A stretch of 61,598 nucleotides of DNA, filler included, from Bipalium vagum (taxonomy: Eukaryota): NCBI GenBank assembly GCA_037834085.1. It is 3 parts of 3 records of this genome, joined end to end, with 100 filler letters (N's around TTAATTAATTAA, not from the genome) between each part and the next. Parts side by side here need not be neighbours in the genome. Positions count along the whole stretch, not along the records: positions 18,229 to 34,555 come from JBBMKC010115934.1; positions 34,656 to 61,598 come from JBBMKC010115495.1; 1 more part is not named here. One strand, given 5' to 3'. Below the pieces are notes generated by a model. That model saw only the letters and a program-made list of their open reading frames with translations. It had not been told where the DNA came from and did no database searches. Below are positions 24,769 through 35,893 of the stretch, in pieces (position 1 is the stretch's first letter; the number at the start of each line of letters is the position of its first letter). A program made the translations under genes and the position numbers.

Positions 24769-25569
24769 CTAAATATCATTCATTGTCGGCAATTTTCTGA
24801 AAGATTTTTTAAGTGATTCATTTTTTTTCCTTGATAATCTCTTTTCGTTGTTACTGACCGTGCTGCAAAAATTTTTTCTAGTAAAAGAGTGTTTTATAAA
24901 AGACTTACATTTTGTCCCATTTATCCTTTGATTCTGCAGACACTGTTGGGGTCTTAGATAACTCAATACAAGTCCTAATTGCGTGTCGAATACGATTTAG
25001 ACAATCTGCTTGGTTAAGCATCTGCATTCTTGTTTTATCTGATTCAATTATGAAATAACTATCTTTAGTTATCCGATGAAATTCCTGTTATTGATATAAA
25101 TTCTTTAATTTATAAAAATAAATACAGATTTCATAAAATTATTTTTAATGTCTTCAGGAATCCAATTGACAGACGGCACGTGGAATCTTATTTGCACTTT
25201 CGAGTTATCTGTATTTTTTATAAAAGGCAACAAATATATAAAAATGATACTTTTATTAACATGTTGTCCACCAGGCTTCCCGGATCTCATATACTTAATT
25301 TGTAAGTCATCTATAATAAGTTATAATACTAATAGTTGAGCAATTGCATACTTATGTTTATTTCTCCAAAAGCATCCTTATTTAAAAATTATTATTTAGA
25401 ATTCTATTATATATTTCACCTTTAAATTTTCTATTTGCTGTGTTTTGCTATTTTCATGATATTCCTCAACTGACTTCGAAATATCACTTTTATAAGATAA
25501 CTGTCTATTAATGATTATATTTGAATTCAAAAAGATATTTCTAAATGTTAATAATCCACAGAACTTCAT
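24769..25569 (-). CDS. MRPL58: ICT1/MRPL58 mitochondrial peptidyl-tRNA hydrolase (GGQ), 195 aa
   Basis: Exons 25569-25420, 25376-25352, 25310-25251, 25208-25126, 25084-24909, 24862-24769; all GT-AG and in frame, introns 43, 41, 42, 41, 46 nt. Contains YMRSGKPGGQHVNKNNSKVQIRFHV...WIP...SDKTRMQMLNQADCLNRIR and a basic C-terminal tail NEKRLSRKKNESLKKSFR. Confidence 0.92.
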
Positions 25570-26910
25570 TTTAAAGAATTAAACATAAAAAATATTTTAA
25601 ATTTTAAATTTTACTTAATTTTTAAAACAACTACTAATTATACATTAATTAAGTTTTATAAATGATTTTATGAAATTCATAGAATTTTGGAATAATTTTG
25701 ATTTTTGCCTTTAATAATTATATTAATTTATTCTTACCTTTATAATATTAAATATAAGTGTAATTGTCACCATTATTTTTTCACATTTAATTCCAGATTT
25801 TTTTGAATAAAAAATGTGGCATCAAAGTATTCAAGCCAAACTCTCATTCACCATACTTATCTGGTCTATATAATGCACTCGAGTTAGTGAGAGTTTCTCT
25901 TATAGTTTCATCGCTTCTTAAATTTGTTTTTCTTTAAGATTTGTGTTTATTCATTGGTTAAATTAGATTTTCACATATGAAATGTCAGTATTTAGAAATC
26001 TTATTGATTGAACTTCGATATCATTGCAGCTGTGAATTTTAATTTAAAATTTATGAATTTAATATTTCTTATGTTATACAATCTTTTTAGAATCCAGACT
26101 TATGGAGAAATTTTTTCAATAGCGGAGCAATTAATGGAAGCACAACGACCTCAATAGCAACCTCTTTCGTTAAGTTTTTTAACATACTTCAAAGTTACAA
26201 AAGTAAACCTAAAAATTAATATTACTTCATTTAAAATGTGAATATTTAAACTGATTTCTTATTTTTAAATTTTTATATTGTGCATAATTTAAATTTTTAA
26301 TTAATTGTAAATTTAATCATAATATTTATTTAATTTAATTTAAATATTTATTTTAAAATAATTTTTATTATAATGGCACAATATATTAATTTATTAAGAA
26401 TGGAAAATTTGTTTAGGTATTATTGTTTTAAAAAGCATTTAAATATATATATTTTTCGTACTATGACCGATTTTGTTGATATCACAGCTAACATGAAACA
26501 AAAACAAAAAGCTGTGACTATCAAATGAAATCCCTTTTTAAAAACTAATATAAGTCATGTAATAATTATTATATAAAAATTTATTTATATATCAATTTGA
26601 AATCTAAAATCTGAATAATCGTTAGATAATATTAGTTTTAATATATTTTTTAGTTTATATATATATATGAATTTTATTAGATAATTTTAGATCATATAGA
26701 ATTTAAAATAAAAATACTGAAATGCGAACTATTTTTATGAGTAGAAATTGAAGCATAATGCAACAAAAGTTTTTCGCATTTGGAGTTGAGTAGAGAGAAA
26801 ATGAGCATTAAAGACCACACGCAAAAATAATTTGCTTTTGATTTTCTTCAATTTTATGAATACCAAAGATCGAATAAATCCAAATTTGGTTTTAATTTTT
26901 TACGCCTTAC

Positions 26911-26981
26911 GAATACTGAATATTGAATATTAAATACTCCAATACCACAATATTAAATACCGAATATTGAACATTGAATAG
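26911..26981. repeat. Degenerate ~7-bp tandem repeat (AATAYTG-like)
   Basis: aatactg aatattg aatatta aatactc caatacca caatatta aataccg aatattg aacattg. Confidence 0.7.
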
Positions 26982-27290
26982 AGTTATACTTCATTTCCAT
27001 ACCACTATCAATTTTTTTCAAATTATCATTGATTAATAATTTTTTGAATTTCAAATTTTAATTAAATTTATGATTTATTGATTTTTTAAATTTCAACCAA
27101 ATTTAGTTTTGATTGTTTTCATTTTTCATGATTTTTATAAATTTTCAATTGTATGAATTTCATAATTTATGATTGAAACACAAAACTCATCAATCCATCA
27201 TTTTATTTTTTTAAAGATAGATGAAAATTGTTTTTGTGAAGTTTGTAATAAAATTATTTGAAAATATAATAAGAGTAAGCATTTAGATAC

Positions 27291-28239
27291 TGTTGGGTTA
27301 GCCAAGGACACATCCTTGCTAACCCTTGTAAAAGTAGAAGTATGGTAGAGACCGCAAGGGTCAGAAATAAATTAATAATAATAATAAATTAATAATAATA
27401 ATAAATTAATAATAATAATAGTTAATTAATTAATTAAAAAGTACATCCAAAAAAAATGGGCAATTAATTATTTCCAAAAAAGGATCTAATCTTGACAATG
27501 GCGAACTTAAATTGCCAAGATTAGATCAGGGTCCGCAAGGAGGGACCGATTTAGAATAATCAAGCTAAAAAGGGAATTGAGATTCCCCATTGATAAAGCT
27601 GGTCTACGATTGATTGATTGTCTGATCAGAATAGTATATAAGGAGTTGGATTGAGAAGTGAGATTGAGAACTGCTGCATTTATTTTGAGTATTATTGTTT
27701 TTTGTCAGAAGAACCATTCTTATTGTTTGCGGAAGACTATTATTAATGTCAGAAGAAGAATCGTTATTATTATTTGGAATTTGCCATTGCTTTTGAAATC
27801 GTAATTTATATTGATATATATTATGAGACAGGAGATCACGGCGGGTCCTGTGCGGTTAGGGGGTTTCTGAGCGGACCGGATTGGGCTCAGCTAACCACCC
27901 TTTGGACCTGTGTTCACCAATGGTGAGAATATATCTAAATTTTATTCATTTGTTTTTTTTTATCTTAACATTTTATTATTTGATTATTGATTATTATTAT
28001 TATTATTATTTGATTTTCAGTGTGACAATATTTGATTTTTCTCTTTGTGTAAGAACACTTGTTTTCAGACATTCATTGGTTATTTGACACTTTTCGTTTG
28101 TATTGTTATTTTACAATAAAGGGTTGTTCATAATTGTTTGATTCATTAATTTGCGTACACGTATAGGCTAAGTAAAGGGGTCAGTAATTTTGCGAGCTAA
28201 GTGTTACGACAGGGTTCATAGTGAGTTAATATCGTAACA
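27291..28239 (+). mobile_element. Solo-LTR-like element (~950 bp)
   Basis: TGTT...AACA termini and GC-richer than its flanks. TATA-like TATATAAGG at ~27636, AATAAA at ~28115, 17-bp unit (AATAAATTAATAATAAT) x3 at ~27366-27420. No clean TSD at these ends. Confidence 0.65.
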
Positions 28240-28677
28240 ATTTTGTAAAATTTTTTTAAGAATACCTGAATCCAAGTACTAGACAAAATAGTTTGACTGG
28301 GGCAAAGATTACAATAGACAATGACCCCGAAAATAAAATTCTTGTCTATTGAAGCCCCCGAAGTAATGGACTGGTCTTCTAGTAGTTCTGTTGTTATCTC
28401 ATATAAAATCTATGGTCAATAGTCAAGCGTAGCGTAGACATAAGAAAACAGACAAATCTTGAACAATGGAATAAGATTTATTTGGACATCTTAGATAATT
28501 TAGTAAACACGATGGCGTTTATTGATTCCAAAGGAGAAAGAATTAATTATTAAATATATTAATAATATATTTGTGCCTTTGAGTGTAATATTTATATCTT
28601 GTACATATTTAGTTTTTATTCATAATTCGTCAATAAAAAGTATAAATACTGAGGACAAAGACTTTTGTACTCAACTG
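28240..28677 (+). mobile_element. Tc1 (DD34E) transposon 3' remnant
   Basis: caatagacaatgaccccgaa (QDNDPK-like), VMDWSS...NLWSIVKRSV (WPSQSPDLNPIENLW-like), right end ...ACTTTTGTACTCAACTG|TA at 28677. Confidence 0.75.
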
Positions 28678-28759
28678 TATATATGGAAAATGAAGACAAA
28701 GTGAATACTTAAAAATATTCAGGTTGTTATGTAAATTGTGATATTTTGGATGTTTATTG

Positions 28760-29624
28760 ATCATGATTTTTTTGCCATTAAACTTTTTGATGGTGTCTTG
28801 TAGGAAAGTGCTGTTTCGTCACAATTAAAAATGACAGCAGCTCTGTATCCTTTCATTTTAGTCTTGAAACTTTGATAAAATTCATTGAAATCGTTTCTTT
28901 TTATATTATTTGATTCTATAGATAAAATCTTTAGTGTAATTCTATGGTTTTCTGTAAATGATTGCAACCGACCATTAGACGCACAAAATGTGTTGTTTCC
29001 CACTTCTTTCACCAAATGCAAATCTTGAGCTTTTAAAATTCGCTCATTATAAATTCCGCCACAAGCTTCAATAAACTGAATTTTTCGAACCGACTTTGAT
29101 TAATATTGTCATATTTACTTTTAATGAAATTCCTCAATCTATTAATATTAATTTGGGCCGCTTCCATAATTGTATCCTCTGACTTAAAATAATTTGCTGA
29201 TTTATCTGATATATTCATGTTGAATTGTCTTGAAAAATTTGATGCCACTTTTACAAAAGAAATGCCTTTATTCTATTCCATATAATTGATAATTTCTATT
29301 TTCTGCTGGATACTTACACTGGAATTTTTCTTTTTTGTATTACAATGGTTAGACATTTGCCTGCTGAAAATGTTTATTGTAACATATTTAATTCGCATTT
29401 AATAAAAATTAATGTATATAATTTATAATTTACCAAAATTTGATAACGTTCGCTGTAAAATAAATAACTGTCAAGTAATTTGAATTGAAATTCTCAATGA
29501 AATAATGAAATATTACATTCAAACAAATTTGAAAATCGGAAAAAGTCAGGTTTCTTGACAAAAATGATCATAAATATTTTTTACGGAAAAATAGGCAGGG
29601 TTGAAAAATAGACAGGTTTGATTG
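28760..29624 (-). mobile_element. pogo/Tigger transposon 5' remnant
   Basis: CENP-B-type HTH and DDE start: SIQQKIEII..., FCASNGRLQSF, IFNCDETALSYK (ORFs 28761-29021, 29033-29248). Terminus TA|CAATCAAACCTGTC on the minus strand at 29624. Confidence 0.85.
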
Positions 29625-30591
29625 TATTTAATTTTAATTTGATAATGATAAATTTATTCAAAAATGATATATTTTCATATACACAAACAAAAAAGTGATA
29701 ATTAATAAATTTATATCAAACTATAAAAATATTTTAAAAAGTTATCAGAGTACCTTAAAAATATTTATCTATGATATAAAGTTTATCTCGACTAATAAAT
29801 TACTTTTCAATTTTTTTTAATTTTATTATTATTATTGATATTATTATTATTATTGTTATCATAATTATTATTAATTTAGTTTTTAAAATTTATTTTATTC
29901 AACAAAATTCCGATAATTTTTCTTTCTTTTTGAGTAGATAACTTTTCCACCATTCGAAATTTTAAACCTCTTCATTAATTAATAAAAATAACCTCCAGAA
30001 ATATTATCTTTTCGGATTTTCTGAAATTGATTAAATTATAAATAATCTTCGCTTGACACTTCTTGTTATTCAAGGATTATCAGGAGTTAATAATTCAATC
30101 AATATAAGTTCACTATTTATATTTATTGGTTTATTGATTTATTTATTATAATAGAAAATTTTTAGTTAAAATAAATTGCAAAAATCGATATTTTAAATAT
30201 TTTTAGTTCCATTTTTAATTTTATATTATTGATATTATATTATTTATAAAATTACCAATTGATTTTATGAAAAAGTATTTATATAACACGTTAAAAGTTT
30301 TTTTGTCAAAAATCATTCATATTTACATATAGGTAAATACCGCATTTATTTATTAGCCTAAACTTTAATTTTTATTTATTTCTATTACAAAAATCACAAA
30401 AGCTAAGCAGATCTCAATATCGTATATTGTGATGAAAATTATAAAAAAAAGTTATTATACAATTATATATTTATTTATAAAATAAATACAGTTCTTAGTT
30501 GATTTAATATTTTCATTATTTTAGTTCTTCTTAAAAATGAAAGTTAAAGTTTTATAATAATTATAACTAGGGCAAACTTTTTTTTGACTTT

Positions 30592-30843
30592 TTATTATTT
30601 TTGCCATACTTATGATGATTGGTTTGAGAATGAATATTTGCTTTATCATATTTAATATTATTACTAAAACTTAGAATTATTACAGTTAATTTAATTTAAT
30701 AATTTTTAATTAAAAAATTAATTAATTAAAAATTATTTGCGATAGGTTTATTTAATTTTTATAAAATATCTTTGTGTTCACAGATATTTTATGCAATTCG
30801 ATGAACGATTATTAAGAGTCTGGACCTTTCCAGTTGAGAGACT
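30592..30843 (+). repeat. Diverged direct repeat, copy 1 (copy 2 at ~31450-31699)
   Basis: Aligns by eye over ~250 bp with ~31450-31699, including gccat...gatgattgg, gcgataggtttatttaa, tctttgtgttcacag and agagtctggacctttcca. Confidence 0.9.
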
Positions 30844-30849
30844 GAAAGA

Positions 30850-31301
30850 AAAAAGAAATGATAACAGAAAAGAAATACTGCCTAGAAATTGATATAAGTA
30901 GAAAAGAATGTGCCAGCATTGATCAATCGAAAATGGCCGTCCGCACATAGCAAAGCAAACCACGGATAAGCTGAAAACCCTAAATTATAAAATTCTGCCT
31001 CATTCACCGTACTCGCCCGATCTCTCTCAAACTGATTTCCATGTATTCAAACATTTACAAAATTATTTGAATGGGAAAAGATTTAAGAACGAAGAGTTGC
31101 TGAAAAGGGAATTTCCAAAGTTCATGGTCTCCAAATCAACCGGATTCTATCGTATAGGAATGGAAAATCTACCAATTGCTTGGCAAAAGTCTGTAAACGC
31201 TATTTTTTGTTATTTTAATCAAAAAATATTTTGTTACGGCCGACTTATGCTGTTTTAATATGAATGCACAGAAAACGTTCAAAACTTTCTGAACAAGCCA
31301 A
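30850..31301 (+). mobile_element. Mariner 3' fragment with right TIR
   Basis: ENGRPHIAKQT...ILPHSPYSPDLSQTDFHVFKHLQNYLNGKRF...LPIAWQK; ends AAAACTTTCTGAACAAGCCAA|TA. Confidence 0.9.
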
Positions 31302-31449
31302 TATTTTAATATCGTAATAATATTTTCAAATATTTATTTTATTATTAAATCTCAATTATTAAAACAAGTAAAATAAATAATCTTTTCATCATTACATTAG
31401 TATAATAATATTTATTAGTGTTATTAAATTAAATGAAATCATTAATAAT

Positions 31450-31699
31450 ATTATTTTCGCCATGCTTTTGATGATTGGCTGGAGTGTAAATATCTGCTTT
31501 ATAATATTTAATATTATTACTAAACCTTAGAATTTATATATTTTATTTTATTTAATAATTTCTAAATAAAAATTAATTAATTACAAATATTTTTGCGATA
31601 GGTTTATTTAACTTTTATAAAATATCTTTGTGTTCACAGATTTTTATGAAACTTGATGAACATTTATTGAGAGTCTGGACCTTTCCAATTGAAAGACCT
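31450..31699 (+). repeat. Diverged direct repeat, copy 2
   Basis: Second copy of 30592-30843. Confidence 0.9.
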
Positions 31700-31810
31700 T
31701 ATTGTGAAGTTTAGTATTATTTGTGAAAAGTATTTCTGGTCTATCTTCAGGTTTTAATTCTATTGGAAAAAATAATGGAAAAAGCCAGGTCAATATTCGA
31801 TGAAATCTGA
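31646..31810 (+). CDS. Candidate spliced 40-aa micro-ORF (or lncRNA exons)
   Basis: Exon 31640-31708 follows the acceptor tgttcacAG, then a 42-nt GT-AG intron (31709-31750) and exon 31751-31810. Product MKLDEHLLRVWTFPIERPYCEVLILLEKIMEKARSIFDEI*. CGCCAT (31458) and GATTGGCT (31473) lie upstream. Confidence 0.3.
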
Positions 31811-33139
31811 ATTGTTGTTCAAGTTTTAGATATGATAGAGTTAAATGCTCTTAAAAGGTTCCATTTATCTTGTTTCAACTCAAAATATTTTTGTTCAAAG
31901 AGGGACTCTCCCTTTCTGAGTGATAAATCTAAATGGAGTAATTATAAAATAAAACAAAATAAATATTTTTGGTTCATTATTTGTGAGGATTTGCCTTTCC
32001 GACAACAACCCCCACATTTGGCTTGGAAAGTATTTTTAATAATATTTAGCAATTTTTCTTGATTTTCAACGTAGTTTTATTAAAAATAATTTTTTCATTT
32101 TATATATTTCATTGTTTAAATCTTTGTTTATTGTGAACATAAAGTGGTATATTTTTTTTAATTTGGGGAATTTTAAATTTATTATTTTTTTTATTAAAAG
32201 TTTAAATTTTCTAAACGAACTATTTTGTTTTTTTTATTTTTAATAATTAGATAATGTTCTTAGTTTTCTATAGAAATATAAAATTCAAGTTTGTTTTAAT
32301 TGAATTTTAATTTAATTATAAACAATTTTTATTTACAAATCAATAAAATAAAAAAAATGAAATCAGTTTCCATTAATATTTATTTTTGCTAAAAACGTAA
32401 CACATAAAAAGACTGCACTAAACTTTTAATTAATAAGAGCAGTTATTATTAATAATTAATTAAAAATTAATAAATTGTTTATTTATTTTATTACTAGAAA
32501 AAATAGAAAATTAAGAGTTAAAATTACAGTACATTCTCTGGTTCCGTATTCCTAAAGAAATAATTATGAATTGGAGAACATTTATTTAACTTTGCGTTTA
32601 TCTGAAACTGACTTTCAGAATTAAAATTTACAGACTTACTTGTTTGAAGATGTCAATAGGAGGATTAATTTTTTTCCTTTTTATTAATAATTTAATGATT
32701 TTTTCTGGTCAAATCCAAAAAGGAAAAATGGATAAAGTTTTGGCTTTAAATTTTCAATTTATTTTATATAGTAATTATCTGTGGAAAGAGATATTTTAAT
32801 TGCTAAATTCAGCTCACTTTTCATTTTTTGATTTTTATTCAGAATCATTTACACTGGACATTTTTTATAACATTATCTTCTATTATTTTCTTTATTATTA
32901 TTATTATAAATATTCTTAACTTCATTAGATTTCTTTTAAATTTATTAAAAATACAGATTAAAATAATAATAATAATAATAACATTTTATTTATAAAATAA
33001 ATTTTTCGTACACAAGGCTCATAAATTAAATAAACAAGCACAAGTGCCATAGATATAATCAACCAGCATGGATTTTTGATAAATTTCATTCAGCGTAATA
33101 ATTGATTTGTTTATAAAATTAACAAAATATCCAAAAAAT

Positions 33140-34110
33140 CAAGAGATCCAATAATCAGCGCCTTTTTAAAAATAGCTGTAATAAAGAAATCTTATTCATT
33201 TGTTTAAATAGAATATTTGAATATATATTATTTATGCATTTTTCAAAGAAAACCTATTCTGATATTTTTAACGATATCTTATTTTTATCCTTTTTTAGTT
33301 TGCTGTTTATATACAAAATAAGCAACATTTGAGCGAGAGGTTTTTTCCTTTTGTTATAAAATATCTACAGCAGAAACTCACAGAGTCCTTGTCAGGGCAT
33401 ACGGGGACAATGCACTATCAAAAGCCGGTTGCAAAAGGTGGTTAGCCTTTTCGAAAGGTTGAATTTATGATGGAAGATAAAAAATACCCAGGAAAAAAGA
33501 AATTGTTGGAAAATCCGTGCCAAACTCAAACTGATCTTGCTAAGTCATTAAATGCTTCTAAATCTTCATTTAGTCGAAGTCTAAAACCCATGGAAAAAGT
33601 ATAAATAGTTGAAGATGGGTAGCACATGAGCTCTAGATGAAAGATGTAAAGTCACAAGTGAAATTCTGCTTGTTAGACAAAAAAGAAAAAGTTTCCTGCT
33701 CCGAATTATTAAGAGTGACGAAAAGTGAATTTCTTTCAAAAATCTTAAACGCAGAAAAACAATTTGCGATCCCAAACAGCCCTTCAAAGCAACCCAAAAA
33801 GAAGCATCCATTGGAAAAGGCTCTCCAAAGCATTTGGTGGCACCAAAAGGGTTGCTAATGAGTTTCTAATGCAAAGTAAAACGGTTACAGGGAAAATGTA
33901 CCGATAACAATTAATAATAATACTTCTGATCCAGACCATGGGCGAACAAAGACCAGGAGTAATTTTGGTGCATGAAAGCACCTGGTCATACGTCAACAAA
34001 CGAGTCCTGGAAACGTTAGAGTTGCTTCAATAGGAAGTGCTGCTCCATATGGCCAATTCACCAGATTGAACCTCTTTGACTCTAATCAGTTTTGGTCGAT
34101 GGCACAATCA
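33140..34110 (+). mobile_element. Decayed mariner (mauritiana/Mos1-like)
   Basis: KISTAETHRVLVRAYGDNALSKAGCKRW (cf. Mos1 KTAAESHRMLVEAFG), WVAHEL, IWWHQKG, LVHESTWSY. Same family as 56600-57620. Confidence 0.85.
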
Positions 34111-34555
34111 AATTTAGTCAGAAATAGCAATAAAAATTAAATCATTGAAAAGTTATTATTTAATATTTATTATCCAGAGACTTAATTTATTTACTCTTAT
34201 TTGTCAAATATTCTTTTTCCAAATATTTTCCTTTCTTTCATTTCATTTAATGAATCTTGTTTTTTTAATGATTAATAATATTAATAATAATTTTAGAATT
34301 ATATATTATAAATTGGAAATATAAATTTGAACTTTCTAATTATTTTTTTTACACATTAAAATTTTTATTTTAAAAATAAACATTTAAATATTTTTTTTTT
34401 CATTTAAAATTGTATTATGTAATATTGAGATAAAATAGTTAAAATAATAAATAAATAATATATTTCAAATAATGTTTAAGAATTAATATAATTTTTTAAA
34501 ATAATTAAATCAAGTGATTATACATTGCCGGAAATAAGTTATATGTCCACATAAC

Positions 34556-34655
34556 NNNNNNNNNNNNNNNNNNNNNNNNNNNNNNNNNNNNNNNNNNNNT
34601 TAATTAATTAANNNNNNNNNNNNNNNNNNNNNNNNNNNNNNNNNNNNNNNNNNNN
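34556..34655. other. Assembly gap linker N44-TTAATTAATTAA-N44
   Basis: Identical to 18129-18228. Flanked by TIR-like ends (TA|CATTGCCGGAAATAAG at ~34521; ...TAACTTTTGACTCAACCTGG|TA at ~34732). Confidence 0.97.
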
Positions 34656-35744
34656 AAAAATATAGTAATAATGAAGCAGTAAAACAATTTCAATTTATTA
34701 AAAAACGCTAATAACTTTTGACTCAACCTGGTATATATATATATATATATATAGTCACAGAGATTTAGAAAAAGAAGAAGTCGATTCGATCATACAAAGG
34801 AATAAAATTCATTTAAATTGATCAAGTCTATTACCTCCATTGACTAATTTGAACCAGAAGAAAATCATTCGATTCAAGAAACAGGATTCATTCGAACAAT
34901 TAGCCAGTCAAAGGATTTTAATTAGTCATTGGCAAAAAAGATTGACAAAATAAATATATGTTTATACAAGATATAAATACAAATTCTGAAAAAATAAATT
35001 AAAACCAGACATATAAACAGAAATAATCATACCTCAAGTTTTATATGTAGTTTTCCTCAACTGGAAGAAAAATAATAAACAATATCTTTTATGAATATTT
35101 GGGATGTCATTTGAAATATTATAAAGAACTTTTAAATGTATAATCTATTAAAGGATTATTTTTAATTTAAATTTACTCATTTAAGAAATAAATTTCGGGT
35201 AGATTGAGACCTTGAAGTCATTTAATAAAGATGCACCTTTTCAACTTGTAGACCTAATATTTTATTGAAAATTTCATATAATAAAATTCTGAATTCTATA
35301 AGTATGAAATAATTTTCAATTACTTTGATAGATTAGTTATTCCATTTTCCATCTTTATCAAAACATTAATTTTTTAAAAATATTCTTCTTTAGCACATTC
35401 GCTATCATAAAGCAAAGTTATCTTTACATGCGACAAAAACTTACTTATTACCTGATTTCTCCCCCAAGTTTTGTTCATTAACATTATTATTTTCATTAGA
35501 ACCTATTGTTGCTCCACTAAGAATAACAATGATTTCAGAAACATCTTGTATAAATACTAGAATCAACATTTAAAAAAGCATCAACATCACCCAAAATTTT
35601 TAAATGTTGTTTTATATATTATTATGTTGTAACATAATTTTTTGTGATTTTATTGTTTTATAGTCTACTTATTTAATAATAAATACATTAAATGTAAAGA
35701 TTTTCTCTGATCTATAAAAAACAGTAGTTTTTATGTGATTTTAT

Positions 35745-35893
35745 TTTATTTCAATTTGACAGCTTTGAAGTGCGGTGCAAAGTTGATCAAACACATCATT
35801 TTCAGCACCTATTGCTATCTTATTTTAATCGAGTTCAGAAAGTTGCAGAAACCGTCAAGGAAATTTACAATGTATACTGAAAACATGTTTTGG
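35745..35893 (+). mobile_element. Mariner 5' fragment
   Basis: HFQHLLLSYFNRVQKVAETVKEIYNVY, the mariner N-terminal HTH start. Related copy at ~46300-46550 (-). Confidence 0.75.

Noticed and set aside
25209-25250. ICT1 intron with donor GTATCATTT resembling the U12 consensus GTATCCTT
   Set aside because: Mismatch in the near-invariant CC and no convincing CCTTAAC branch site; treated as an ordinary U2 intron.
26476-26524. Hairpin TTGATATCACAGCT...AGCTGTGACTATCAA containing the miR-2-family start TATCACAGC
   Set aside because: The stem is only ~14 bp with an A-rich loop of about 20 nt, and the seed sits on the 5' arm whereas miR-2 matures from the 3' arm. Not a credible pre-miRNA.
27915-27960. 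ATG|GT donor reminiscent of a flatworm spliced-leader RNA gene
   Set aside because: Upstream sequence does not resemble SL exons I know, there is no clear Sm site, and it lies inside the LTR-like element.
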